Source: Sediminibacterium sp. (GTDB lineage Bacteria; Bacteroidota; Bacteroidia; Chitinophagales; Chitinophagaceae). From it: DNA of 64,000 nucleotides. A program made the translations under genes and the position numbers. The DNA lies in NCBI GenBank assembly GCA_965279635.1, contig OZ257253.1, forward strand, positions 257,506 through 321,505. The letters are read 5' to 3'. Shown piece after piece: positions 1 through 9,696 of this stretch. The notes under the pieces are model-generated. The model saw only the letters and a list, made by a program, of their open reading frames with translations, searched no databases and was not told where the DNA came from. Within the stretch, counting starts at the first letter, position 1. Each line of letters starts with the position of its first letter.

Positions 1-794
1 ACTGCATTTTTGACTTCGCGGATAATATCGAGATAGGCCAGTGCGGGTTTTACCATCACAATGTCGGCACCTTCTTCTACATCCATCAGCGTTTCTTTGA
101 TGGCTTCTGTTCTGTTGGCCGTATCCATCTGGTAAGTTTTCTTATCGCCAAAACCCGGTGCACTATCAAGCGCATCGCGGAATGGACCATAAAAACAGGA
201 TGCATATTTGGCGCTGTAACTCATAATGCCTGTTTGGGAAAAACCTTCTTCTTCCAGTCCCGAACGAATGGCGCCGATACGTCCATCCATCATATCACTC
301 GGTGCCACAAAATCGGCGCCGGCGGTTGCATGACTGATGCTCATTTTCACCAGGGCCTCTACCGTTGCATCATTTATAATTTCTCCGTCTTTTACAATGC
401 CATCGTGTCCGTAGGATGAATATGGGTCGAGCGCGATATCGGTCATTACCACCATTCCGGGAACAGCATCTTTAATGGCTTTGATACTTTGCTGCATCAA
501 CCCGTTTTTGTTCCAGGCTTCTTTGCCGGTATTGTCTTTTAATTCGTCTTTGCATTTGATGAACAGTAAAACACAACGGATACCGATGCTCCATAACTGT
601 TTGACCTCTTTTACCGTAAGATCAACCGAGCGGCGATAATAGCCGGGCATGGAGGGGATGGGCGTTTCTATTTGCTCACCTTCATCGATAAATAAGGGTG
701 CGATAAAATCCGCGGGTGTGAGAATGGTTTCAGCCACCATCGCCCGTATGGCGGGTGATTGGCGGAGTATGCGGTTTCTTCTGGATAATATCAT
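1..794 (-). CDS. hemB: porphobilinogen synthase (delta-aminolevulinate dehydratase); C-terminus runs off the window edge
   Basis: Hand-translated from the minus strand; the ORF is open at the edge, so it is not in the ORF track. Starts MILSRRNRILRQSPAIRAMV. Catalytic Lys motifs IVMVKPA and SYSAKYAS. Asp-rich metal site DIALDPYSSYGHDG. Confidence 0.9.
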   Translation of the reverse strand, partial: MILSRRNRILRQSPAIRAMVAETILTPADFIAPLFIDEGEQIETPIPSMPGYYRRSVDLTVKEVKQLWSIGIRCVLLFIKCKDELKDNTGKEAWNKNGLMQQSIKAIKDAVPGMVVMTDIALDPYSSYGHDGIVKDGEIINDATVEALVKMSISHATAGADFVAPSDMMDGRIGAIRSGLEEEGFSQTGIMSYSAKYASCFYGPFRDALDSAPGFGDKKTYQMDTANRTEAIKETLMDVEEGADIVMVKPALAYLDIIREVKNA

Positions 795-860
795 GTGTAA
801 TATGATTATTGGTATTTGAGAAACTGTTTGATAAAATACGATCCAGCCGAATTCGGACAA

Positions 861-956
861 TTTCAATAAGAGAAGGACAGAAGAAAAAAAGAAGAAAGAG
901 AGCGACTGCTTAAAGCCTTTTATAGCTTCTTTTCTTTTGTTTTTCTTTTATTGAAA
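861..956. repeat. purine/pyrimidine-word hairpin (family tttcaataaaagaaaaac...), between hemF and hemB
   Basis: Arms 861-897 and 926-956 are inverted repeats. Same family as 38306-38398. Confidence 0.8.
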
Positions 957-963
957 CCAGGGA

Positions 964-1902
964 TCAGGTCCATTCCACCGGCCGCAAACAAACCTGCCAC
1001 AATCTATCTTCTGCTGATCCCGGCACAGGTTGATGATCGTACACCCATCTTGCCCTTGGCGGTAAACTCATCAGTATGCTTTCTGTTCTGCCATTTGTTT
1101 TTAACCCGAAAATGGTTCCGCGATCATGCAGCAGGTTGAACTCAACATATCTTCCCCTGCGTATTTCCTGCCATTCGATTTCTCTCGCACTGTAGGGTAT
1201 ATCCTTTCTTTTGCTAACGATCGGCAAGTAGCTGTTGAGGAACCCATTTCCATTCGCCTGCTGGAACAAAAATAAGTTTTCAATATCCATTTTTGCATCC
1301 GGCCTGAGGTGATCGTAAAATATACCACCGATACCACGGGTTTCGCGGTTGCGGTGATAGTTCACAAAGTATTCATCGCATTGCTGTTTATAGCGCGGGT
1401 ATAAATCATTGTCAAATGTATCCAGCACATTTTTCAGGTACTGGTGAAAATATTTGGCGTCTTCTTCAAAAAGATAATAGGGTGTAAGATCCGTTCCTCC
1501 GCCAAACCAGCGGTCGGTGATATTTCCGGCCGTATCATATAATTCAAAATACCGCCAATTGGCATGCACGGTGGGCACGTAGGGATTTTGTGGATGTAGT
1601 ACCAATGACAGGCCGCAGGCAAACCATTGCTCACCTTCTATCTGTAATTGTTTGCGCATGGTATCGGTTACTTCTCCATACACAACCGAGGTATTTACAC
1701 CGCCTTTTTCAAATATGTTCCCATTACTGATGGTCATTGTTTTGCCGCCACCACCTTTTCCCCTTTCCCAATTATCTGTTGTAAAAACGGATTGGCCATC
1801 TGCCTGTTCCAAACCTTTGGTAATGGTATCCTGGAGTTGATGAATATAGTTTACCCATCTTTCTCTGAATCCACCGGGTTGATATGTTTGTGTACCGCTC
1901 AT
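964..1902 (-). CDS. hemF: oxygen-dependent coproporphyrinogen III oxidase
   Basis: 312-aa ORF with [12 protein letters not shown] and [15 protein letters not shown] motifs typical of HemF. Its start overlaps the hemE stop as ATGA. Confidence 0.93.
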   Translation of the reverse strand: MSGTQTYQPGGFRERWVNYIHQLQDTITKGLEQADGQSVFTTDNWERGKGGGGKTMTISNGNIFEKGGVNTSVVYGEVTDTMRKQLQIEGEQWFACGLSLVLHPQNPYVPTVHANWRYFELYDTAGNITDRWFGGGTDLTPYYLFEEDAKYFHQYLKNVLDTFDNDLYPRYKQQCDEYFVNYHRNRETRGIGGIFYDHLRPDAKMDIENLFLFQQANGNGFLNSYLPIVSKRKDIPYSAREIEWQEIRRGRYVEFNLLHDRGTIFGLKTNGRTESILMSLPPRARWVYDHQPVPGSAEDRLWQVCLRPVEWT

Positions 1903-2930
1903 TTGTTGTGACGGAAATTTTTAACCGTATCTACAAATGCTTTTGCATGATCCACCGGCACATTCGGCAAAATACCATGACCGAGATTGGCAATATGCCT
2001 GCCCGGTCCGAAAGCCTGTAACATTTCGGTCACTTCTTTTTGGATGACGGGTATCGGTGACAATAATTTAGCAGGATCAAAATTGCCCTGTAGTGTAATA
2101 TTCTCTCCCGCAAATTTCCTCGCCAATTGCGGTGGTATGCACCAGTCGATACCCAGGCCATGCGCACCGGTGGCTGTCATGGCTTCAAGACTATGCCAGG
2201 CGCCTTTGGCGAAGATGATAGTGGGTACTTCCTCTTTTAAAGCAGCAACAATCTGCCGGATATACTTGAGAGAAATAGTTTCAAAATCTTCCGGGCTCAG
2301 CAATCCACCCCAGCTGTCGAATACCTGTATAATATCTGCCCCTGCTTTTACCTGCGCTTTCAGGTAAGCAATGGTGGTATCGGTGATCATTTGTAATAAT
2401 TGATGCGCCAGTTCAGGTTGGGTATAGCAGAATGCTTTTGCCTCATCAAAGGTTTTGGAACCTTTGCCCTGTACCATATAACATAAAATAGTCCATGGTG
2501 CGCCGGCGAAGCCGATCAGGGGTACACGGTTATTGAGTTCTTGCTTGATGAGTTTGATCGCATCAAATACATAGCCCAGTGTTTCATCTACATCCGGTAC
2601 ACGCACCCTTGACAGGTCATTGGCTGTTTTGATAGGAGCAGGCAAAAATGGCCCCTTGCTTTCGATCAGTTGTACTTCCAGTCCCATTGCCTGCGGAACT
2701 ACGAGTATATCTGAAAAAAGTATTGCGGCATCCACACCAACGATATCGATGGGTTGCAAAGTTATTTCGCAGGCGAGTTCCGGTGTCTGGCAGCGTTCGA
2801 AGAAGCCGTACTTTTCACGCAGTACCATGTATTCGGGTAAATAACGGCCTGCCTGACGCATCATCCATACAGGGGTTCTTTCTGTAGGTTCGCCACGGAG
2901 TGTTTTGAGTATGAGATCGTTTTTGAGCAT
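1899..2930 (-). CDS. hemE: uroporphyrinogen decarboxylase
   Basis: N-terminus [34 protein letters not shown] is the canonical HemE start. The track ORF extends to 3005, but that extension reads through an intergenic hairpin, so I chose the ATG at 2930. Confidence 0.92.
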   Translation of the reverse strand: MLKNDLILKTLRGEPTERTPVWMMRQAGRYLPEYMVLREKYGFFERCQTPELACEITLQPIDIVGVDAAILFSDILVVPQAMGLEVQLIESKGPFLPAPIKTANDLSRVRVPDVDETLGYVFDAIKLIKQELNNRVPLIGFAGAPWTILCYMVQGKGSKTFDEAKAFCYTQPELAHQLLQMITDTTIAYLKAQVKAGADIIQVFDSWGGLLSPEDFETISLKYIRQIVAALKEEVPTIIFAKGAWHSLEAMTATGAHGLGIDWCIPPQLARKFAGENITLQGNFDPAKLLSPIPVIQKEVTEMLQAFGPGRHIANLGHGILPNVPVDHAKAFVDTVKNFRHNK

Positions 2931-2960
2931 TTTTTTGTGGATTGTCTTTGGTGAATTGTC

Positions 2961-3020
2961 AGTAGTGAGTAGGCAGTAGTGAGTAACAATATACTCACCA
3001 CTCACTACTGCCTACTCACT
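2961..3020. repeat. word hairpin (agtagtgagt words) at the hemD/hemE junction
   Basis: Perfect 21-bp stem, 2964-2984 with 3000-3020, and a 15-nt loop. The right arm contains the last hemD codons and its stop. Confidence 0.9.
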
Positions 3021-3716
3021 AAAATAACTTATCGCCTGTTCTACCAGTTTATCCTTACCAGGTTCATCGCTGATGATAATTTCGTTCTTACAAAATTTGC
3101 GGACTGTTTTTTTGGTGGTATCGCCTATCGCGAATACAATACAGTTTTCTGCAAGTGTGTTTATCGAAAAAAAACTTTCTACTGCACTTGGGCTGAAGAA
3201 TAAAACTGCATCATACTGCTTACCTGTTTTTTGAGGCGTTGCCGTGGTTTCGTAAACGATGATTTCATTGACGGTGATATCATTGTTGCGGAGCTTGTCC
3301 GGCAATTCATTCCTTCGTTGGTTGCCGCAGAAAAAGATCACTTCATCCGTATCGTCGTTCTCAATGATCGTGTCTGCCAGTTCTGACGCGGAGTTTGCCT
3401 CTCCTTCAATGGCATCTGTTCCGAAGTATTCTTTTACCAGTTGTTTGGTGCGGTGCCCCATGCAGTAAATACGCCATTCGGGCATCTGGCCGTTGAGCAT
3501 GGAAATGACTGATTCAACAGCATTCATACTGGTAAAGACAACGGTTGCATATTCTATGGCCGCCAGTTCTATTTCCTGTTGTATCTCGATGGACTGTACA
3601 GGTTCGGTTTCGATAAATGACAACTCATCGATCCCGATATTTTTTTCACGTGCTTTGTTGACCAGGAAACTGTCAACCGGGCGGGTGGATAATATGGTTG
3701 TTTTATATGCCTGCAT
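3012..3716 (-). CDS. hemD: uroporphyrinogen-III synthase
   Basis: Called from its position between hemC and hemE, its ~234-aa size and HEM4-like two-lobed alpha/beta sequence. Start taken at MQAYKTTILSTRPV, a 14-nt overlap with the hemC end. Family motifs are weak. Confidence 0.7.
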   Translation of the reverse strand: MQAYKTTILSTRPVDSFLVNKAREKNIGIDELSFIETEPVQSIEIQQEIELAAIEYATVVFTSMNAVESVISMLNGQMPEWRIYCMGHRTKQLVKEYFGTDAIEGEANSASELADTIIENDDTDEVIFFCGNQRRNELPDKLRNNDITVNEIIVYETTATPQKTGKQYDAVLFFSPSAVESFFSINTLAENCIVFAIGDTTKKTVRKFCKNEIIISDEPGKDKLVEQAISYFSE

Positions 3717-4680
3717 TCCTGATTGCTTCTCTGATTTTATCGCCGCCGTTGCTGAGTAATTCGTTTGCGGCTTTTGTGCCAAGATCATTTGCTCCGCTAA
3801 CGGGAACTTCCCGTGAAACAGTCGCTTTCTCTTTTCCATCCAGCGACAGTATATTTCCCTGGAAATAAATGGTATCGTCGCGTAACTCTGCCAATGCGCT
3901 GATAGGCGTGGAACAGCCGCCCATCAATACACGCAGAAAGTCCTTTTCAATTTTTGTGCAGAGTGCTGTTGCTGCATCATTTAATAAAGAACAGGCGTCG
4001 TAACTATCCTTGTCATCTTCCCTGCACACTATCATGATCGCTCCTTGTGATGGGGCGGGTAACATCCAGTCGAGTTCAATCGAATTCGCAGGGCGTAATC
4101 CGATACGTTCCAACCCGGCTGCGGCAAATATGGCACCGTCCCAGTTGTTGTCTGCCAGTTTCTGCATCCTCGTATTCACGTTGCCGCGAAGGTTATCCAG
4201 TTGGTGATGTGGGTAGCGATGCAGCCATTGTGCCTTGCGGCGGATGCTGCTGGTGGCAAGGGTGAATGTTGAATGATGAATGTTGAATGATGAATTGTCT
4301 GTTGACCATTGACCATTCACAAATCCCAATGTGTTAAATAATGTTTCTTCATCGCCCTTATACACCAACAGGTCCTTGTAAGAAGCCCTTGTCAATACTG
4401 CTGCCTGTTGTATGCCTTTTGCTAATTGTGTCGGTACATCTTTCATGGAATGAACGGCGATATCTATCCGGTTATTCAGGAGGGCCGCATCCAGTGTTTT
4501 GGTGAAGATGCCCTGTACGCCCATTTCATACAATGGGGTCACAAGATCGATATCGCCTTCGCTTTTGATGTACACGAGTTCGCTGGCGGTGCCCTGTTGC
4601 TGCAATTGCTGCTGCACAAGTGTTGCCTGCCAGACAGCCAGCTGGCTGTCACGGGTTCCTATCCGGATGTTTTTTTTCAT
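3703..4680 (-). CDS. hemC: hydroxymethylbilane synthase (porphobilinogen deaminase), carrying a ~20-aa in-frame repeat-derived insertion
   Basis: Motifs IRIGTRDSQLAVWQA, AVHSMKDVP, LRGNVNTR and GGCSTPI (cofactor Cys). Extra segment GFVNGQWSTDNSSFNIHHSTF lies before the conserved TSSIRR. Confidence 0.93.
   Translation of the reverse strand: MKKNIRIGTRDSQLAVWQATLVQQQLQQQGTASELVYIKSEGDIDLVTPLYEMGVQGIFTKTLDAALLNNRIDIAVHSMKDVPTQLAKGIQQAAVLTRASYKDLLVYKGDEETLFNTLGFVNGQWSTDNSSFNIHHSTFTLATSSIRRKAQWLHRYPHHQLDNLRGNVNTRMQKLADNNWDGAIFAAAGLERIGLRPANSIELDWMLPAPSQGAIMIVCREDDKDSYDACSLLNDAATALCTKIEKDFLRVLMGGCSTPISALAELRDDTIYFQGNILSLDGKEKATVSREVPVSGANDLGTKAANELLSNGGDKIREAIRNAGI
4262..4320. repeat. degenerate word hairpin (gaatgatgaatg words) embedded in-frame in hemC
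   Basis: 4262-4294 matches the intergenic hairpin arm 10608-10640 at 30 of 33 positions. Partner arm 4301-4320 pairs imperfectly. Confidence 0.8.
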
Positions 4681-4682
4681 GA

Positions 4683-5891
4683 TCAGTTGGCGGTCATAAA
4701 ATCATTGATCGCCTCAATATAGTAACATCCCGGCTGATGTTGGCGGCGCATTTTTACGGCCACATTGTTCACAACTTTCTGAATAGCGTCAGAATTGATC
4801 AGCCCGGTATTGGGATATGATGAAAGATAGAGGTCGCAGTGATGCATATCCTTCAGTTTCTGTTTAACAGCTTTTAAAACGCCCACATGGTTGCGTTGCT
4901 GCAGCCAGGTGCAGAATTCATGGATATGTTCTATGATAATGGCTTCTGCCTTAGGTACTTCCGCCAGCCTGTTTTGCAGGGTGGCATCATTGATCTTTGA
5001 TAAACCATCCACATCCACCAGGGTAATATGCGGAAGTTCGCCTGCCGCGGGTTCAATATTATTGGGGATAGAAAGATCGATCAGTATTTTGGGTGAATTG
5101 ACTGTGAGATGCTTTGCAGCAATAATGGGTTTTTCCGCGTTCGTGGCAACAATTACGATATCGGCCGCATCCAGCTCCTGTTGCAGGTATGCATACGAGG
5201 TCGTCAGCAAACCGAGTTCCAGCGCCAGTGCGGTTGCTTTTTCTTCGGTGCGGTTGATCAGTGTGATATCATTGGTGCCGAGATAATCCACCAGGTTCTT
5301 ACAGGTGTTGCGGCCTATTTTGCCTGTGCCGAGTAATAATATTTTTTTGTTTCCGGTATTACCTTTCAGTTGCTCTCTCAGGAACTGGATGGCCGCAAAC
5401 GAAACAGAGATCGTTCCGCCACTCAAAGCGGTTTCTGTTTTTACCTGTTTGGAGGATTGGAGTACGGTATTGACCAGCCTTTCTAAAAACCCGCCTATCG
5501 CCCCATGTTCACGTGCAAATTTGACCGCCTGTTTCAACTGGCCCACAATTTCATAATCGCCGAGTATCTGGGAATCCAGTCCCGCACCAACAGAAAATAA
5601 ATGGTAGATGGCTTCGGTGCCTTGTTTTACATAACAGAGATCCGTAAAAACATCCGCATCACCTGAGGTCTCGTTGCAGAGCAGGTTGATCAGTGCATCG
5701 GCATGGGGGGCAAGTCCATAAATCTCCGTACGGTTACAGGTGCTTACGACAAAAACTTCCTGTACCCCAGCGGCAGCCGCTTTTTGCAGGATGGCTGCAT
5801 ATTGCATTTGGCCAACAGCAAACTGCCCGCGGATGGCCGCGTCGGTTTTTTTGTAGTTGATGCCTGCGATAAAAAAGTGGTCTGTCTGCAT
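4683..5891 (-). CDS. hemA: glutamyl-tRNA reductase
   Basis: STCNRTEIY active-site Cys motif and GTGKIG NADPH site. The track starts at TTG 5903. I prefer ATG 5891 (MQTDHFFIAGINYK) because a -7 box lies at 5911-5918. Confidence 0.9.
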   Translation of the reverse strand: MQTDHFFIAGINYKKTDAAIRGQFAVGQMQYAAILQKAAAAGVQEVFVVSTCNRTEIYGLAPHADALINLLCNETSGDADVFTDLCYVKQGTEAIYHLFSVGAGLDSQILGDYEIVGQLKQAVKFAREHGAIGGFLERLVNTVLQSSKQVKTETALSGGTISVSFAAIQFLREQLKGNTGNKKILLLGTGKIGRNTCKNLVDYLGTNDITLINRTEEKATALALELGLLTTSYAYLQQELDAADIVIVATNAEKPIIAAKHLTVNSPKILIDLSIPNNIEPAAGELPHITLVDVDGLSKINDATLQNRLAEVPKAEAIIIEHIHEFCTWLQQRNHVGVLKAVKQKLKDMHHCDLYLSSYPNTGLINSDAIQKVVNNVAVKMRRQHQPGCYYIEAINDFMTAN

Positions 5892-5910
5892 GTCGGTTGC
5901 CAACGAGCTG

Positions 5911-5918
5911 CAAAGGTA
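5911..5918 (-). promoter_or_regulatory. Bacteroidota sigma-A -7 box TAccTTTG upstream of hemA
   Basis: Exact match to TAnnTTTG on the minus strand, 20 nt upstream of ATG 5891. Confidence 0.55.
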
Positions 5919-6026
5919 TCTGTCAGGATTTTTTTTACAGCATGTTTACGTCATTATATTGTCATTTATAGCGTGTATTTTACATAATCGGTAATCCTGA
6001 ATATCTCTGCGGTAAGCCGCTTGGCC

Positions 6027-6034
6027 TACATTTG
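6027..6034 (+). promoter_or_regulatory. -7 box TAcaTTTG upstream of hemH
   Basis: Exact TAnnTTTG match, 20 nt before ATG 6055. Confidence 0.55.
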
Positions 6035-6054
6035 CAGCCGGATTTCAGACAAAT

Positions 6055-7125
6055 ATGACAACAACTACCCCAAGAGCGATAGTACTGATGAACCTGGGAT
6101 CACCAGATTCTACATCGGTGCGTGATGTACGAACTTACCTGAACGAGTTTTTAATGGATAAGCGGGTGATCGATATGCCATTGGTGACAAGGGCCTTACT
6201 GGTTCGTGGATTGATCGTTCCTTTCCGCGCCCCCAAATCTGCCGAGGCGTACAGGAGCATCTGGACAAAAGAAGGATCACCCTTGATCGTACTCACCAAA
6301 CAATTACAAGCGGCTTTGCAGCAGCAGGTAGATGAACCGGTAGAAATAGCCATGCGTTATGGCCAGCCATCTCCCAAACAGGCTTACGACCGGTTGTTAG
6401 CCGCCAACCCGCAACTGGAAGAAGTGATCCTTGTACCCTTATACCCGCATTATGCCATGAGCAGTTATGAAACAGCGGTGGAATATGCGAAAAAACAACA
6501 CAAGCAATATGGTTATCCTTTTGCGTTAACGGTGATCAAACCATTTTACAATGAACCCGCTTACCTGAATGCACTTGCTGAAAATATGCGGCCCTGGCTG
6601 AGTAAAGAATATGATCATATCTTATTCAGTTATCATGGTATCCCGGAAAGACATGTGCGTAAAACAGATATTACCGGGGGACATTGCCTGTCGATGAGCA
6701 ATTGCTGCGATACAGATTCACCCGCACATGATTATTGTTACCGCCACCAGGTATTCGCTACCACGAAACTGGTGACAAAACAATTGGGCATCCCCGATAA
6801 TAAATGGAGCCTGTCGTTTCAATCAAGACTGGGTAAAGGATGGTTACAGCCATTTACCGATGTACGCCTGGAAGAAATGCCGAAAGAAGGCATCAAAAAA
6901 TTACTGATCGTGAGTCCCGCGTTTGTAAGCGATTGTCTCGAAACACTGGAAGAACTCGAGGAAAGAGGAAAAGAATCTTTTCTCAACGCAGGGGGAGAAT
7001 CGTATGAGATGATACCTTGCCTGAATACGCATCCATTGTGGGTGAATGCCATCAAAGGATGGATTGAAAAATATAAAGCGGGAGATGGGAAGATGATTTT
7101 AAAAAATGGAGTGGTTAGCCGTTAG
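6055..7125 (+). CDS. hemH: ferrochelatase
   Basis: LMNLGSPDS N-terminus and the LFSYHGIPERH catalytic His motif. 356 aa. Confidence 0.93.
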   Translation: MTTTTPRAIVLMNLGSPDSTSVRDVRTYLNEFLMDKRVIDMPLVTRALLVRGLIVPFRAPKSAEAYRSIWTKEGSPLIVLTKQLQAALQQQVDEPVEIAMRYGQPSPKQAYDRLLAANPQLEEVILVPLYPHYAMSSYETAVEYAKKQHKQYGYPFALTVIKPFYNEPAYLNALAENMRPWLSKEYDHILFSYHGIPERHVRKTDITGGHCLSMSNCCDTDSPAHDYCYRHQVFATTKLVTKQLGIPDNKWSLSFQSRLGKGWLQPFTDVRLEEMPKEGIKKLLIVSPAFVSDCLETLEELEERGKESFLNAGGESYEMIPCLNTHPLWVNAIKGWIEKYKAGDGKMILKNGVVSR

Positions 7126-7160
7126 TCCTTGGTTATGGGAAGTATAATTATACCAGGATG

Positions 7161-7182
7161 GGTTTTGTGAGGACACAAAACC
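7161..7182 (+). terminator. small hairpin downstream of hemH
   Basis: ggttttgtg-agga-cacaaaacc, a 9-bp stem 36 nt after the hemH stop. No clear T-tract. Confidence 0.4.
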
Positions 7183-7219
7183 GGCGACCCTCAATGAAGT
7201 GACCGGTTTGGTATTCTCA

Positions 7220-7260
7220 TTCATCATTCAAAATTCATCATTCAAAATTCCCTATTCCCT
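7220..7260. repeat. tandem 14-mer ttcatcattcaaaa x2, followed by ttccct x2, just upstream of hemJ
   Basis: Direct repeats read from the sequence. Same ttcatcattc vocabulary as 10646-10670 and the hemC insert. Confidence 0.8.
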
Positions 7261-7803
7261 ATGTATCTCTATCTGAAAGCGCTCCATATCATCTTCATCG
7301 TAACCTGGTTCGCCGGGCTATTCTATATGCCGAGGCTTTTTATCTATGCAACGGAAGCGGGTGATAAACCGGAACCGGAACGGAAGGTTTTGCGTGAACA
7401 GTTTTCCATCATGATGAAAAGATTGTGGTACGGCATCACCTGGCCATCAGCCATACTTACATTGATATTGGGGCCGGTCGTATTGTTCCAAGGTAACTGG
7501 CATAGGTCATTGTTTGAACCGGAAGGAAAATGGCTGCTGATCAAACTCATTTTTGTGGTGTTTTTATATGTCTACCACTGGTCCATCCACCGCATTTTCC
7601 GCCAGGAAATGAAAGGTGATTTCCGCTACAGTTCCCAGCAATTGCGGGTATGGAACGAAGTGGCCACAGTTTTCCTGATCGCTATCGTAATGCTGGCGGT
7701 CGTGAAACAAAGCATCAGTTTTGTTTGGGGAATAGTGGGGTTACTATTGTTTGTACTCTTACTGATGAGTGCCATCCGCATCTATAAACAGCTGCGCAAA
7801 TAA
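7261..7803 (+). CDS. hemJ: protoporphyrinogen IX oxidase, HemJ/UPF0093-type membrane protein
   Basis: 180 aa with about 4 TM segments. N-terminus YLKALHIIFIVTWFAGLFYMPRLFIY resembles the HemJ family. Sits directly after hemH. Confidence 0.72.
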   Translation: MYLYLKALHIIFIVTWFAGLFYMPRLFIYATEAGDKPEPERKVLREQFSIMMKRLWYGITWPSAILTLILGPVVLFQGNWHRSLFEPEGKWLLIKLIFVVFLYVYHWSIHRIFRQEMKGDFRYSSQQLRVWNEVATVFLIAIVMLAVVKQSISFVWGIVGLLLFVLLLMSAIRIYKQLRK

Positions 7804-7824
7804 ACTCTTTGTGAACCTTTGTGT

Positions 7825-7870
7825 CCTTTGTGTCTTAGTGGTTCTTTTTTGAACCACTAAGACACAAAGG
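7825..7870. terminator. hairpin downstream of hemJ (cctttgtg words)
   Basis: Perfect 20-bp stem, 7825-7844 with 7851-7870, and a tttttt loop. Confidence 0.7.
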
Positions 7871-8005
7871 CCCGAAGAAGGCACGAAGCTTTGTCACTTA
7901 AATGTCATATCTCCCCCGTTTCCCTAATCCGTAAATAGTTTTTCCCGATTCGTCAGCGGGGCGTGTTTTTGCGCGGGCATCTTTGCTGTCGTTAAAACAA
8001 AACGC

Positions 8006-8335
8006 ATGTGTCAGTATCATACATGGTTCCGCGATGAAGAACAGGGGTTTGTGGTAGAATGTGCCCAGTGCCACAAAATACAGGTGGCATTCGGTATGCT
8101 GCTGGCCAGCTTCAGTGAATCGGAATTTCACAGGTTCCGTTCCTATATAAGGACGCGGCTGTATGAAACGATACCCGATGCGCATATCAATGATAAAACC
8201 ATTATGCTGAACACACCCTGTGAATCGCTGAACCTGCTGTTCTCTTACCGGGAGCTGAATGATTTCCATGAAATGCTGGAACAGGCCGACACAGAAATGA
8301 AAACACAAAAAATGCTGCAACTGTTCCATGAATAG
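8006..8335 (+). CDS. hypothetical small protein with a CxxC motif
   Basis: 109-aa ORF with ordinary composition and ECAQCHK. The overlapping antisense ORF 7898..8329 is rich in F/C/H and looks spurious. No family recognised with confidence. Confidence 0.45.
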   Translation: MCQYHTWFRDEEQGFVVECAQCHKIQVAFGMLLASFSESEFHRFRSYIRTRLYETIPDAHINDKTIMLNTPCESLNLLFSYRELNDFHEMLEQADTEMKTQKMLQLFHE

Positions 8336-8431
8336 TTGGCAGTGGAAAGAAGCTAGACGATAGAATCAATATGTCACAAGGCCGCTGTATTCTTACAGGG
8401 GCCATTTTTTAACAACAAAGAAACGGCCGCA

Positions 8432-9604
8432 TTGAAGAAAACTAACAAGGTAAAAGACTTTATTCACCAGGTACATCTCTGGCTGGGTCTTGTGAGCGGT
8501 ATCGTGGTGGTGATTGTGTCCATCACCGGCGCTTTGTATGTATTTGAAGAAGAAGCGCGCGAAATTTTCCAGCATAAATATTTTCATGTAGCCAAGCCGG
8601 GTACACAACGACAAACCATTCAGCAGTTGACTGCGGAAGTAGCAAAGGCCTATCCCAAAGAAAAGATCACAAGCCTGCGGATGATAGAAAAACCGGATGG
8701 GGCGTATATTTTTAATACGAAAAACAGTAAAGCCATCTCTGTTGATCCGTACACCGGTAAAATAATCGGTGACAGGAATACCAAAAAAGATTTCTTCACA
8801 GTGGTATTGGATATCCACCGTCATCTCGCAATGGGTAAGGTAGGTGGCGAGATCGTAAAATGGAACGTACTCATCTTTTTTATCCTTTGTATCAGCGGAC
8901 TCATCCTGTGGTGGCCCAAACAGAAAAAATTCTGGAAACAGGCCACGCGCATCAATCTCAAAACAAAGAACTGGAAGCGGCTTAACTGGGACCTGCACAG
9001 TGTACTGGGTTTTTATGCTTTACTGGTACTATTCATCATCTCACTGACCGGTTTGTTTTTCGCTTTTGATGCGTCAAAGAATATTGTGCGTTTTGCGACC
9101 AACCAGCCCAAGCCAAAAAAAGAAGAAAAACTGGTATCAGCTATTAATAACGGGCAGCAATTTTCCTGGGATGAAGCGTATAAATACACCTCCACCAGTT
9201 ACCCGGGCAGTTACGAAACAATTATCCAGGTACCGGCAGATAGTGCAGGCGCTCTGAGGGTTTTATCAAGATACCCTTATACGATAGCCATGAAACTGAA
9301 CAATATTTATTTTGACCGGTATTCGGGTAAAATTTTGCGGGAGAGTTTATACAGTAATTATACCGCTTACGATAAAGTGGCGAGAAGCAATTACGATCTG
9401 CATACGGGCCGGATCCGTTTATTAGGGATTGGCAGCAAGATCATTTATTGCCTGGCCAGCCTGATCGCCGGTTCATTACCCATTACCGGTTTCCTGGTAT
9501 GGCTGGGGCGGCGGAAGAAGAAAAAAAAGGCGCAAACTCCCGCTATCAGGCGCTTTCGTTTATTTGGCCGGGAAGAAAAACAACCCGTTGAGGCGCTGTC
9601 CTGA
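8432..9604 (+). CDS. PepSY-associated TM-helix protein (PiuB-like, iron-uptake associated)
   Basis: TTG start. N-terminus KDFIHQVHLWLGLVSGIVVVIVSITGALYVFEEE is typical of PepSY_TM proteins. Several TM segments and a basic C-terminal tail. Confidence 0.75.
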   Translation: MKKTNKVKDFIHQVHLWLGLVSGIVVVIVSITGALYVFEEEAREIFQHKYFHVAKPGTQRQTIQQLTAEVAKAYPKEKITSLRMIEKPDGAYIFNTKNSKAISVDPYTGKIIGDRNTKKDFFTVVLDIHRHLAMGKVGGEIVKWNVLIFFILCISGLILWWPKQKKFWKQATRINLKTKNWKRLNWDLHSVLGFYALLVLFIISLTGLFFAFDASKNIVRFATNQPKPKKEEKLVSAINNGQQFSWDEAYKYTSTSYPGSYETIIQVPADSAGALRVLSRYPYTIAMKLNNIYFDRYSGKILRESLYSNYTAYDKVARSNYDLHTGRIRLLGIGSKIIYCLASLIAGSLPITGFLVWLGRRKKKKKAQTPAIRRFRLFGREEKQPVEALS

Positions 9605-9696
9605 ACCGGTTTTCCGTTATCCGTAACTGGAATTTCCCGATTCGGGAGTACTCAATGGACCGTCTGCGGCACTTTTGCACCGTTAAAAAATCACTT

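Noticed and set aside
7898-8329. 143-aa minus-strand ORF overlapping the 8006..8335 plus-strand ORF
   Set aside because: Its composition (many F, C, H and short hydrophobic runs) is typical of antisense frames. The plus-strand ORF has more protein-like composition and a CxxC motif. Even that call is low-confidence.
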